A stretch of DNA of 63,340 nt, counting the filler, from Octopus bimaculoides (Eukaryota): NCBI RefSeq assembly GCF_001194135.2. It is 6 parts of 6 records of this genome, joined end to end, with 100 filler letters (N's around TTAATTAATTAA, not from the genome) between each part and the next. Parts side by side here need not be neighbours in the genome. Positions count along the whole stretch, not along the records: positions 45,564 to 63,340 come from NC_068994.1; 5 more parts are not named here. One strand, 5' to 3'. Within the stretch, counting starts at the first letter, position 1. Each line of letters begins with the position of its first letter. A program made the translations under genes and the position numbers. The notes beneath the pieces were generated by a model that was given only the letters and a program-made list of their open reading frames with translations, was not told where the DNA came from and did not search any database. Below, piece after piece: positions 48,905 through 61,975 of the stretch.

Positions 48905-49237
48905 GGCGTGTGGTAAGTAGCTTGCTTACCAACCACATGGTTCCGGGTTCAGTCCCACTGCGTGGCATTTTGGGCGAGTGTCTTCTACTATAGCCTCGGG
49001 CCGACCAAAGCCTTGTGAGTGGATTTGGTAGACGAAAACTGAAAGAAGCCCGTCGTATATATGTATATAAATATGTGTGTGAGCGTGTAAATGTTTGTGT
49101 GTCTGTGTTTGTCCTCCAGCACAGCTTGACAACCGACGCTGGTGTTTACGTCCCCGTAACCTAGCGGTTCCGCAAAAGAGACCGATAGAATAAGTACTAG
49201 GCTTACAAAGAATAAGTACTGGGGTCGATTTGCTCGT
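48905..49237 (+). mobile_element. SINE family A, near full length
   Basis: Colinear with the other copies. An additional 3' half follows at ~49280-49470. Confidence 0.85.
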
Positions 49238-49470
49238 GTATATATGTATGCATCTATATATCTATGTGTGTATATTTGCGTGTGTCCCCTACCGCCTCTT
49301 GATAATCGGTTCTGGTTTGTTTACATGACCGTAACGTAGCCGTTCGGCAAAAAGAACCGACAAAATAAGTACCAAGCTTTCAAAAAAATAAGTATTGGTA
49401 TCGATTTGTTCGACTAAATCCTTGACATCGGTGCCCCAGCATGGCCACTGTCCAATGACTGAAACCAACC

Positions 49471-49501
<31 letters not shown>

Positions 49502-50319
49502 TAATCCATAAATACATACATATTATAAACACATTCATGCATACACACACACACACGCATACATACACAAATGTTACAATAATATGTATGTATATATGCG
49601 TGCCTGCACGCACATACACACACGCGAGCATATTCACACACGAACACAGAAAGTAAATTCTAACAGTGGTTACCTATAATATAAACTCATGCAGGAAACG
49701 TTATTTTATCGTCTGCTCATTACATTTATATGTTTCAAATGTTTTTGTGTTATGAAGTCCAAGTGTCTTTTCTTTGCCTCCCCCCCCCCTTTTTTTCACT
49801 TCTCCATAGTCTGATAGGTTTCACGTTATTCTAAGGATTCCGCAGACAGTTTATATTTATAGGGGCCTATTTAGGACCTTTTTTTATACTATTGTTATAA
49901 TTGTTCTTATTGTTTTTCCCATCTACCTCCTTTTTTTTGTGTGATCCGCCATTTTCTTCGTCTTGTTTTTATTAGTTTATTTCATTTCATTTATTTTATT
50001 CTATTAATTTTCCTATTTGTTTTTCTTTTGCTTTATTTACTTTGTCATTTTACTGTTTCTTTACGTTTTCTCCATTGCCTGTCATTTTGTCTGTCTGTTT
50101 CTATTTACTAGTTTAGAATTCTTGGTGTCTTTCACCCGTTTCGTTCTGTCATTTTTCCATTCCTTTATTCTTTCTTTCTTTTATGCTTCCATTCTTTGTG
50201 TGTTTGTCTTTCGGATTTCATGATTTCTCCGTAGAACTCGCGCAGTTGTTGTTTAGCAGGTGCATTATCAAAAATATACTGGTCGTTAACATTTTAAAAA
50301 TATTTTTATATTTAAATTT

Positions 50320-50480
50320 ACTTGCTTCAGTCATTGGACTGTGGCCAAGCTGTGGCACCAATTTGAAGATTTTAGTCGAAGAAATCAACCCCAGTACTTT
50401 TTCAGCTTAGTACTTATTTTATCAGCCTCTCTAGCAGTAAACAAACCAACACCAGTTGCCAAGCAGTGGTAGGGAACAGA
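50320..50480 (-). mobile_element. SINE family A, 3' half
   Basis: Reverse complement of the GATAAAATAAGTAC...AATGACTGAAGCAAGTAAA tail. Confidence 0.65.
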
Positions 50481-50543
50481 CACAAAGCTGCACATTCACA
50501 CATATCCATACATCCACATACACACTCACACATGCATTTAGAT

Positions 50544-50598
<55 letters not shown>

Positions 50599-50636
50599 GA
50601 TATATATATATACACACACACACACACATATACATA

Positions 50637-50674
<38 letters not shown>

Positions 50675-50679
50675 TGTGT

Positions 50680-51330
50680 GGGTACAGGGCGTCACCAACA
50701 GTGCAAACAACATGAAATACGCAAACAACATGAAATACGCAAACAAACGAGTTAAATATGTAAACAACGAGAAAAAAGTGGAAAACAGGATAAAATGGAA
50801 GAAAGTAAACACAGAGAAAGGACCCTTCATCAGTTGTCGGCTATCTACCTACTCCTTATTTTGAATATTCAAAGACAGTTGCTCCCATAAATTATAAAAT
50901 AAAATTTAGGTTTTATAGAGGGTCAAAGTTGGGAGCAAAAACATGACAGTGGAGACATACAAGGAAACCAAACGAAAACAAACATGGGGAGTTGTTAGAC
51001 CAGAACGAGAGGGAAGCAGTGAACGCTGGGAGAAACATTTTTTTGAAAAGAGAAAAGATAGAAGAGAGAGAAAAAAAAACACGTCCGTTCTTTTGAACGT
51101 CCGTGCAAGAAAAGAAAGATGGTCGCGTGAGGAAAAGAAAAATGAACAATGGTCACGTGTGAACAACGAGCGAAAGGGAGAGAGAGAGAAAGAGAGAGAG
51201 AGGGGGGGACAGACACAGAGAGACGTACAGAAATTTTGGGTATTGGTATTTTTGTAACTTCAAGTTTCTTGTTACGTGACATTATCCGGACAATCCTCAG
51301 ACAAGTATTTGGAATTCACTATTAAACTTC
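50680..51330. repeat. Penelope-like terminal repeat family, longer copy
   Basis: Homologous to the arms of the 54.5-kb fold-back (GTGGGTACAGG.CGTCAC...GACCCTTCATCAGTTGTCGGCT); internal 18-bp tandem CAAACAACATGAAATACG x2. The Penelope assignment is inference. Confidence 0.5.
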
Positions 51331-51699
51331 GGTGTTCATTGGACATCGATCAGTTCGTGATTGAACCATTAATTCTGCGCATATTGCACTCGTACGTATG
51401 CGCAGGGCTGGGCAAGATGTTTTGAGGAAGACTGACTGTTACCCATGCTTACAACCCTCCTCTCTTCACATCACCGATGTAAAAACTGCCAACTTCACAT
51501 AAAACCCATGGCATCGGTGTCATTTCAGATGTTGCTGTCAAAAGGTAAAGAGCTTGAACAAACGATGGGAGTAACCTCCCGTAGTCCTAGAAAGCAGATT
51601 CTACAATTTCTTGCTGAACAACCTGCACAAATGATTTTGTTTCTAGTGATCAAATGTATGTGCTGTGCATTAGCTTGCTCCCACCATCAAATCGACGTT

Positions 51700-52057
51700 G
51701 TCTGAACAGTTACACGGTGTACCATACATCAGGTGTTGAACTGATGACAGAGCAACGTGAGAGGAAGTATTTTGCTCAGAACGCAACGCACCGCCCGATC
51801 CATGGAATTGAAACCATGATCTTGTGATCGTGAATACAACACTCTAAACACTAGACCATGCGCCATCACACGCTAGAACAAATACCGCAATGTTAATCAA
51901 CCATTGTGGACTACTTTTTATTATTGACCTAGAAACGACGACGGAAAAGCAAAGTTGACCTCTGTGAGATTTGAACTCGGAGAGCAGAGAAGCTGTAACA
52001 AATGCTGCAAAGCATTTTATCCAACGCTTTAACGACTCTGCCAATTTGCCGCCTTTA
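51700..52057 (-). mobile_element. Adjacent SINE family F (to ~51868) and family B (~51890-52057) remnants
   Basis: GCATGGTCTAGTGTTTAGAGTG head of family F; AAGGCGGCAAATTGGCAGAGTCGTTAAAG head of family B. Confidence 0.7.
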
Positions 52058-52084
52058 AACCTAATTATGAATAAAAAAAATATT

Positions 52085-52191
52085 CCAACACCATCACCAC
52101 CGCCATTACTTCGACAACATCACTCCTAACCGCTACCTCACTACTACTACTACCACTACAACAGCTACTACTACTACTACCACTACAACAG

Positions 52192-52260
<69 letters not shown>

Positions 52261-53360
52261 ACATATTCAACACCATTATCACCATCACATCAACTTCAAC
52301 ACCAACAACAGCAACAACAACAACACTACCCCTATCACCACCGCACTTACGACAAGCAACGCAACCATATCTACCTCCGCCAAATACCCTCAAAACAGTT
52401 GTCCCTTTTTTTTTCCATTTCAATTATTTTGTATGGGGTGTGGTATTTTGTAGAGGGCTGCTACCTCGTTTCTTTTTTTAGGGTAAACAAAAAAAAAGAG
52501 TGGTAGGCGAAGTTTGTTTGTGGTGGAGGTGATGGGTTTAATGGTAGTACTTGTAATGGTAGTGGATGAAGGGAGATGGGGTGAGGATGCTGGTGTTGGT
52601 GGCAGTGGTGGTTGTGGTGGAGGTGGTAGTGGTAAGTGGTAGGATTTTTTGCCACAGTTGTGGTGGAAGGTGGAAATGGTGGTTGGAATGGAGAGTGTGG
52701 CGGTAGTAGTGGCGACAGCGGCGTTTGTGGAGGTAGTGGGAGGAGCAGAAGGAGTACAAGTGGTAGTTATAGTGGTGGTGGTGGTGGTGCTGGTGCTGGT
52801 GATGGTACTGATGGTAGTGATGGTGATGGCGATGGTGGCGGTGGTGGTGGTGACGACGAGAGATGTATGAATGGTTGTAGTGGTAGTGGTGTGGTAATGA
52901 GGGTGGCTGCAGTGGTGGTGGTGGTGGTGGTGGTGGTACTGCTGCNNNNNNNNNNNNNNNNNNNNNNNNNNNNNNNNNNNNNNNNNNNNNNNNNNNNNNN
53001 NNNNNNNNNNNNNNNNNNNNNNNNNNGTGGTGGTGGTGGTGGTGGTGGTGATAATAGCGATGGTAATGATGGTGGAGATAGTGGCGGGTGGTGTGGGGTA
53101 TGAGTGGTAGAGGTACTTGGTGGTTGCGATGAAAGTGAAGAAAGGGGATTTTAGTGGTGTCTCTGTGTTGGGATCTGTTGGAGCTTACGGTAGTGGTGGT
53201 GGTGGTGGTGGTGGTGGTGGTGGTAGTATTGGTATTGGTGCCAGTGTATGGCATATGGTGTATGGCATATGGTGTATGGCGCATGGTGTATGCCGTTGGG
53301 GATACGGTGGATGGCAGAAAGCAGCGTTATGAGTACTTGATGACGGTCGTAGTGGTAGAT

Positions 53361-53401
<41 letters not shown>

Positions 53402-53480
53402 GGTGGTGGTAATGATGATGGTGATGGTGCTCCTGACGGTGGCGGTGACCGCGGTGGTGGAGCTGGATGTAATGGCGGTG
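52085..53480. repeat. Low-complexity (CAC/TAC)n tract followed by degenerate (GGT/TAG)n tract
   Basis: Directly visible; includes a 14-bp tandem GTATGGCATATGGT at ~53245-53290. Confidence 0.85.
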
Positions 53481-54472
53481 ACAGCGAATGTGTGTTGGTA
53501 GCTGAAACAAGTTCTCCTGGCGCCAACCAACCCGTGATCTTATCATCGTCGTCCATGTTTCTCGTCTTCTCTTTTGTTTTTGATGACGTAGTCTCCTTTC
53601 ATTTTTGTCTTCGTTTCTTAGCCCTCCTCCTCCTACTCCTCCTCGTCTTCATCTTCATCATCATCATCGTCATCGTCGTTGTCGTCCATCTTCTTCTTCC
53701 TCTACTACTACTACTATTACTGCTGCTGCTGCTGTTTCATCGGCTTCTTCTTGTTCGTGCTCTTGTTCTTGTTCTTGGCTTTTTTGTTTTATTTTGTTTT
53801 GTTTTGTCTTTTCTTTTCTTTTCTTTTCTTTTCTTTTCCTTTGTTATTGCTTCTGTCTTTGTTATCATTTCTGCTTTGAATCTTGTCGTTTCTATTTTCT
53901 CATTTANNNNNNNNNNNNNNNNNNNNNNNNNNNNNNNNNNNNNNNNNNNNNNNNNNNNNNNNNNNNNNNNNNNNNNNNNNNNNNNNNNNNNNNNNNNNNN
54001 NNNNNNNNNNNNNNNNNNNNNNNNNNNNNNNNNNNNNNNNNNNNNNNNNNNNNNNNNNNNNNNNNNNNNNNNNNNNNNNNNNNNNNNNNNNNNNNNNTAT
54101 ATATATATATATATATATATATGAATGTGTTTGTATGTATGTATCCATATGCGCGCGTATTTGGGCGTACATGTGTGTGATTTATAATTGACTCCAAAGC
54201 TGGTAATGTCGTTTACTCTGAGTTTCACCAAATGTCTACACATAAAATTCCTGTTAGAATCATCACTGCTACACCATAGGATCATCAGACGAATACAAAA
54301 CACACGTGGAGTCATTTAAGTGGCCATTTTCGAAGTACTTGTTTTCTTGTCCTTACGAAACATAGTTTTGTAAAGAGCAGATAATTTACTCCTACAATAA
54401 TTGGTTGTTTCCCTTGACAGCAGGGTAATAAACTCCACATCTAATATATATGCATATATACATACGTATATG

Positions 54473-54894
54473 TACATACTTACATATATACGTGTATACA
54501 TATGCATATGTGGGCGCAGGACGTCACAGAACGTAAACAACAAAATATACGAAAATATGGAATACGAATTACGAATACATGGAATATGAACTTTTCTTGC
54601 GAACGACAAAAGAAACAAATGGAAAACAAGTCAAGCAACATCAAGAACGATCCTTCATCAGTTGTCGGCTGTTTTTCTAATCCATATTTCGAGCTTTAGA
54701 CAAACAGCCGACAACTGATGAAGGGTCGTTCTTTATGCTGCGTGTCTTGTTTTCCATTTGTTTCCGTCGTTGTTCGCAAAAAATGTTCATATTCCATGTA
54801 TTCGTATTTCGTATTCCATATTTTAGTGTTTTTTGTTGTTTACGTTCTGTGACGTCCTGTGCCCACATATGCACATTTATATATGTAAGTATGT
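54473..54894. repeat. Long inverted repeat (fold-back), arms ~200 bp, 15-nt spacer
   Basis: 54473-54680 pairs with 54696-54894. The ORF track shows the same MHMWAQDVTERKQQ peptide on both strands. Confidence 0.92.
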
Positions 54895-56328
54895 GTATGC
54901 AAAATATATACTAAAAATAGTAACAGGTGAAAGAATCAGAAACAGTGGTGGGGATAGTTTAACGCTTAAGATGAACGGAAGAAGTTTTTAACGTTTCGAG
55001 CCGATGTTCTACAAAAATCAATGAGGAGAGAAAACAAAAACAGAAAGAAAAAAAACGCGTCTTAATTAACGGTACTGCTACTGATACATACATACATACA
55101 TACATGCATATATACATACATACACACATACATACATACGTACATGTGTATGTGTGGGGTGCAGAATGTTCTTGCAAATGAAAGGTAGTTGAAAGCATCT
55201 TAAGGAATTAATTCAGATATATACAAAGTAGTATTCAAAGCTCCGATTGAGTGTGTGTGTGTGTTCTTAAAATGCAAAAGATGATAAAGGGTTTTGCTAC
55301 ACGAAAATGTCGGTTGAAAACAAGATAACGACGGAGCACAATGAATGGGCATGATATTTCTAGCAGCGCACGTTTAATGCAGTTGAGAAATGGCTTTCTA
55401 AAACTTCAACAGAAATTTGTCAAAGCAATGTAGAGTTTGATGTTAAGAAATTTAAAACTATTACTAATAAAATGCTTTTATGTTCTGTGATAAGAAGACA
55501 TATGCCCCAAATGAAATAGATAATACCGAACATAAACGGTTACTTAACGAGAACATCACTAAAAGCTAAAGATATATATATATATACACAGACACATATA
55601 ACAACATTACACTGAAGCGAAAACTCATGCCCATAAAATTAAATTAGACAACAGATAAGCGCGAGTTGTACGTACCTAACCTAACTCTCAAGGACCACAA
55701 AGAAAAGTTTTACCGCTAACCCCCAAGTGCAGCTTAATTAAGTCCATGTAAATCAGAGATAGGTCTAATCAGCAAATTTATGTATGTTACTCAGTGCTGC
55801 CAAAGTTTCGTGTTGAGATACGTGCGTCGGCACATGATATGCATCATCATCATCATCGTCATCGTCATCATCGTCGTCGTCATCATCGTCATCGTCATCA
55901 TCGTCGTCGTCGCCGTCGTCGTCGTTCTCCATGTCGTTGCAGTTGATGCCGTCGACAACATCACTGTCGTTTTCATCATTCCCATTTTACAATCACCGTC
56001 ACTATGAACAGCTGAGCCAAATATAGTCACAACTACATGTATGTATATACATATGTATATACATATGTATACATATGNNNNNNNNNNNNNNNNNNNNNNN
56101 NNNNNNNNNNNNNNNNNNNNNNNNNNNNNNNNNNNNNNNNNNNNNNNNNNNNNNNNNNNNNNNNNNNNNNNNNNNNNNNNNNNNNNNNNNNNNNNNNNNN
56201 NNNNNNNNNNNNNNNNNNNNNNNNNNNNNNNNNNNNNNNNNNNNNNNNNNNNNNNNNTATATATTTGTGTGTGTCTGAGTATGCACATACTACTACTGCT
56301 ACTGCTACTGCTACTGCTACTGCTACTG

Positions 56329-56378
<50 letters not shown>

Positions 56379-56472
56379 GAGCCGTTTTTTATCTATACGC
56401 CCATCTAGCTCTACTTTTTTAATTAGTTATGTGTCAGGCTCCAGTGTCTGTCCCTTGTCTCTCCCTACTGCC

Positions 56473-56532
<60 letters not shown>

Positions 56533-56639
56533 CCCACACTGGTCATAAAATGTGTATAACTCTTTTGCTTCTTGTCTTGCTCTCTTGCTTTCTATTTATC
56601 TTTCTATAATATATTATCATCATCATCATCATCATCATC

Positions 56640-56690
<51 letters not shown>

Positions 56691-56692
<2 letters not shown>

Positions 56693-56905
56693 GGTGGCGA
56701 GCTGGCAGAATCGTTGGCAACTCGGGCAAAATGCTTAGCGGCATTTCGTCAGTCTTTACGTTCTGAGTTCAAATTCTGCCGAGGTTGACTTTGCCTTTCA
56801 TCCTTTCGGGATCGATAAATTAAGTGCCAGCGAAACACTGAAGTGATGTAACCGACTAGTCTCCTTACCCCTAAATTTCAGGTCTTGTGCCCATAGTAGG
56901 AAGTA
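56691..56905 (+). mobile_element. SINE family B inserted in a (TTA)n tract
   Basis: Complete head AAGGTGGCGAGCTGGCAGAATCG; (TTA)n on both sides. Confidence 0.85.
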
Positions 56906-56927
56906 CTATTATTATTATTATTATTAT

Positions 56928-56963
<36 letters not shown>

Positions 56964-57069
56964 CAATAGTAGTAGTAGTAATAGTTGTTGTGACAAAGAC
57001 AGACTTACTGTTGAAATATCGTTCGACCAATAAAATATCCTACAATCGAATCGCGCTCTTCGTCTAGAC

Positions 57070-57130
<61 letters not shown>

Positions 57131-57720
57131 CACACATACGTGAGTATATATATATATATATAGATAGATATCACACGTACTTGTATGTGTGTGTGTGTGT
57201 GTGTGTGTCCATACATACACACATACATACATACATACATACATACATACATACATACATACGTACGTACTTACGTATGTACGAGTGAATGGACAAACGA
57301 AAGGAAGTGAAACTCAGCACAATTAGTTGGAGATACGTGCATCTTTTATTAAGAGTTTTCTGCAACTTATAGATCTTCTGATGCTTGACGATCTAGATTC
57401 ATTCTTCGAGGCTACGAAACTTCAAATTGTACAGAGCTGAGTCAAAGTCTTATTAAATACTATATATATATATATATATATATACTAGTATTATAACCCG
57501 ATTTCATTTGGGTCTCCTTGGGCCACATTTTAAAGATGAGGAATTTTGCCCTTGCGGCCACGCCTTTCAATTGAGTAAATTCAAAGTTGCCGTGCAAATT
57601 CGCCAGCACTTTTAACATAGTTTTGCGAATTTTCAGGTCAGTCCGACCACATTTACTAACACTTTTGCCTGTACAACTGTTTGTGAGACAACGTCCGCCC
57701 TTTTCACAAATATATAGTAG

Positions 57721-57791
<71 letters not shown>

Positions 57792-57793
<2 letters not shown>

Positions 57794-57885
57794 GGCGCAT
57801 GGCTTAGTGGTTAGGGCATTCGGCACACGATCGTAAGGTCGTGCGTTCAGTTCCCAGCGATGCGTTGTTTCTTGAGCAAGACATA
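57792..57885 (+). mobile_element. SINE family F, 5' part
   Basis: GGCGCATGGCTTAGTGGTTAGGGCATTCGG...GTTCAGTTCCC...CTTGAGCAAGACA. Confidence 0.7.
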
Positions 57886-58457
57886 TTATTTACCTATCTA
57901 TCTATCTATCTATCCATCTATCTATATATCCATTTATCTGTCTGTCTTTCTATTTATCTAACTATGCACTTTGTCTTTTTACTTATATATCTATGTTTGT
58001 CTGTCGACCTAGCTATTCCAAAGATGATCTATCCAATTCAAGACGATTCTTCCTCATGTATCTTTTTAAATGCTTCACACAGAATCGCAGATAACATTAA
58101 AAACAAGAACTGCCAGTTTTACGAGAAAGAAAAAGAGAGAGGCAGAAAGTGACACACACACACACAGACACGGAGAGAGAGAGAGAAAGAGAGAGAGAGA
58201 GAAAGAGAGAGACAGTGTGAGAGAAACAGAAAGTCTTTGTCTCTTAGATCTTAATGACGGCGTTGGCGGCAGCACCGACGATTGTGGTGATGGTGATAGT
58301 TGTGGTGGGGGTGGGGGGAAGTGACGCCGGTAGGGGCAACAACACGACACCACACCACACGGGAGACTTGTCGCCAGTTTTTATGTAGGGAGTCAATAAA
58401 ACAAACGGGATATATAATAACTATTAGGTATATGCGTGTGCATGTATGTGTGTGTAT

Positions 58458-58497
<40 letters not shown>

Positions 58498-58570
58498 GGA
58501 TTTTCATTAAGAGATATATAAACAGACAGGCACATAACTAGCTACATAGACAGACAGACAGACAGAGAGG

Positions 58571-58620
<50 letters not shown>

Positions 58621-58770
58621 TGTATAATAACGATTTTCTTTGGACTTTAAGTGTCACCTCTAATGAGATTAAACAATAATCTCATCTTATATCCAGGCAT
58701 CACACACGTGCACACATACACACAGAGATTGAGAGATAGATAGATTGATAGATTGTAAATTCATAACTAT

Positions 58771-59200
58771 AGGCGCAGGAGTAGCTGTATGATAAGAAAC
58801 TTGCTTCCTAACTACATGCTGCCGAGTTCAGTCCCACTGTGTGGCACCTTGGGCAAGTGTCTTCTACTATAGCCTCGGGCCAAAACAAGGCATTGTGAGT
58901 GGATTTGATAGACGGAAACTGGAAGAAGCCTGTCGTATGTACATATATTGTGTATGTATGTGTGTGCGTGTTTTTGTGCCTGTGCTTGTCCCCATCCATC
59001 GCTTGACAACCGGTGTTGGTGTGTTAATGTCCCTGTATCTAGCGGTTCGACAAAAGCGATCCGATAAAATAAGTACCAGGCTTAACCAAAAACATTCAAG
59101 TACTGGGGTAGAGTCATTCGACTAAAAATTCTTCAAGGCGGTGCCCCAGCATGGCCGCAGTCTAATGACTGAAACAAGCAAAAGATAAAAGATAAAAGAT
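58771..59200 (+). mobile_element. SINE family A, full length
   Basis: Colinear with the other copies; (AAAAGAT)n tail. Confidence 0.88.
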
Positions 59201-59246
59201 ACCTCAGTTCCAAGACAGAAAGAAAACAAAGTCTAAAATATTCTCA

Positions 59247-59330
59247 TCGTGGACAGAACTTGTAGCCTGAAGGGTATCCAAACCGTTGTTTGGATTCGAA
59301 ACTAAATGGTCTTGCCTCTTCTGTCCACGA
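59247..59330 (+). ncRNA. Type I hammerhead-ribozyme-like motif with one core substitution
   Basis: 12-bp distal helix I (TCGTGGACAGAA/TTCTGTCCACGA), CTGAAGG, 10-bp helix II with one mismatch, GAAA, minimal helix III, GUC triplet. Confidence 0.5.
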
Positions 59331-59448
59331 ACTGTGATACATTTATAAATTTACAATGAATTCGCCTTTGTAAGAAGTGGTCTTTATTTTGAACTCACCA
59401 ACCAAGATTCACCTGTAGTATATAGATATATAGTACAGAGACAGATGG

Positions 59449-59550
59449 AGAAGAAGAAGAAGAAGAAGAAGAAGAAGAAGAAGAAGAAGAAGAAGAAGAA
59501 GAAGAAGAAGAAGAAGAAGAAGAAGAAGAAGAAGAAGAAGAAGAAGAAGA
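59449..59550. repeat. (GAA)n microsatellite running into a gap
   Basis: Directly visible. Confidence 0.95.
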
Positions 59551-61563
59551 NNNNNNNNNNNNNNNNNNNNNNNNNNNNNNNNNNNNNNNNNNNNNNNNNN
59601 NNNNNNNNNNNNNNNNNNNNNNNNNNNNNNNNNNNNNNNNNNNNNNNNNNNNNNNNNNNNNNNNNNNNNNNNNNNNNNNNNNNNNNNNNNNNNNNNNNNN
59701 NNNNNNNNNNNNNNNNNNNNNNNNNNNNNNNNNNNNNNNNNNNNNNNNNNNNNNNNNNNNNNNNNNNNNNNNNNNNNNNNNNNNNNNNNNNNNNNNNNNN
59801 NNNNNNNNNNNNNNNNNNNNNNNNNNNNNNNNNNNNNNNNNNNNNNNNNNNNNNNNNNNNNNNNNNNNNNNNNNNNNNNNNNNNNNNNNNNNNNNNNNNN
59901 NNNNNNNNNNNNNNNNNNNNNNNNNNNNNNNNNNNNNNNNNNNNNNNNNNNNNNNNNNNNNNNNNNNNNNNNNNNNNNNNNNNNNNNNNNNNNNNNNNNN
60001 NNNNNNNNNNNNNNNNNNNNNNNNNNNNNNNNNNNNNNNNNNNNNNNNNNNNNNNNNNNNNNNNNNNNNNNNNNNNNNNNNNNNNNNNNNNNNNNNNNNN
60101 NNNNNNNNNNNNNNNNNNNNNNNNNNNNNNNNNNNNNNNNNNNNNNNNNNNNNNNNNNNNNNNTATATATACACACAAACATCTATCGTTTAGAAGGACC
60201 AGAAAACAAATTGTTGATATATCCGCGCATTAGGGAATATTCTGACTATGTGTGTGTATGTATATATATACATACATACACACATCCTTTCATCTTCATC
60301 CATACGCACATAATTGGAATGCCGAGCCAACGGACATTTCTTTCTCTCTGTGTGTCTTTTTCTCTTTTGTTCTCCTAACACTTTTGAAAAGGAGTACTTT
60401 ACCTGAAATATGAAGACTAATTAAATAATTTTCACGTTGTTATTATTGACATATAATGTTTGATCTGCATTGGTTATGGCCTTCTAAAACACATTGATTT
60501 TGCTGCATAATTCGTGTTGCTTTAAGGAAACTATAACGCTCTTATGTTATCTATATAACTATCTTTCTATAAGCGAGTGTTATATTTTGTCTGGAAGCGG
60601 AGATAATAGCAATAAATGAAGAAATTATCTTATATGATCTTGTATGGTATTTAATATACACTTATTCCTTCGTCTTTGTTGTTCAAATACATGTCACTGA
60701 CCACACTGGGTTATTTCGCTTTCAATATGCTCTTACAGGATTAGTTAAAAATCAAAGCGTATATATCGCATTCAACGTGTTTCTGCAGGATCAGTCAGAA
60801 ATCAAGCTCATTTCGTCCCTGTATTTGTTTCTTTGTATCCCGGATATGCCTTTAATATCGCTTGACACCAGTGACCTGTTCAACTTTGAGCAGTGGTAGC
60901 CTCACACATAGTTACATGCCTGTATCTATTGAAACGTCGGTTACATAGCGTTTTGGACAATAGTTATTGGAAGAAGCACTTCCATGCTTCAGTCATTTCA
61001 GACCATGTTTGTCTATTTGGTATTTTATAACTTTACAATTGGAACATCATAGATTCATTTACGTAACTAACTTCTTGTTGCTATTTCTCGTAAGTCCGTA
61101 TAGAGACTCCTTTCGTTACAGAATGGATGCAATACAGATGGTGCGAAAGCTTTGATTTTCCCTAAGTGGTTTCGAACTTTTCGCAACACAGACACACACG
61201 CATACACTCACACACACATACACACACACACATAAATAAATACGTGTATGTATATATATATNNNNNNNNNNNNNNNNNNNNNNNNNNNNNNNNNNNNNNN
61301 NNNNNNNNNNNNNNNNNNNNNNNNNNNNNNNNNNNNNNNNNNNNNNNNNNNNNNNNNNNNNNNNNNNNNNNNNNNNNNNNNNNNNNNNNNNNNNNNNNNN
61401 NNNNNNNNNNNNNNNNNNNNNNNNNNNNNNNNNNNNNNNNNNNNNNNNNNNNNNNNNNNNNNNNNNNNNNNNNNNNNNNNNNNNNNNNNNNNNNNNNNNN
61501 NNNNNNNNNNNNNNNNNNNNNNNNNNNNNNNNNNNNNNNNNNNNNGTTATATTTAATTGAAAT

Positions 61564-61975
61564 TTAATCATCAATGTACTTTCCCTGATTATTTATGACT
61601 TCCTTCCATCTATTTACGAGCTTTTTAATCCCATCAATATAAAACTCCTTTGGTTTCAAAGCGAAGAACTCTGAAATGTCAGTTTCGATCTCCTCCTGAC
61701 TGGCGAAAGTTATGTTCCCCAAGTGATTGTGTAAACTACGAAACAAATGGCAGTCTGAAAGAGCAAGGTCGGGAGAATAAGGTGGATGAGGAATTTTTTC
61801 CCAACCAAGCCCTTCGATCTTCTGTGATCGCATTGTCCTGATGAAACATCACTCCTTTTCAATTCACTAAAGCGGGTCTTTTTTTCTTCAACGCTTGGTT
61901 CAAACGCTCTAATTGCTTTCAGACAATTCATGAAGCACCAATTTTCCACGTCCAATTGTGATTTGTCATACATAC
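61564..61975 (-). pseudogene. Mariner transposase C-terminal remnant (DD34D)
   Basis: QKIEGLGWEKIPHPPYSPDLALSDCHLFRSLHNHL...FYIDGIKKLVNRWKEVINNQGKYIDD*. The upstream part is frameshifted. Confidence 0.9.

Noticed and set aside
52636-53556. Gly-, His- and Pro-rich ORFs resembling structural or reflectin-like proteins
   Set aside because: Degenerate GGT/CAC microsatellite open in many frames, with no family motif.
54975-55010. GCTCGAAACGTT on the minus strand as a hammerhead 3' half
   Set aside because: No CUGANGA or helix II partner upstream.
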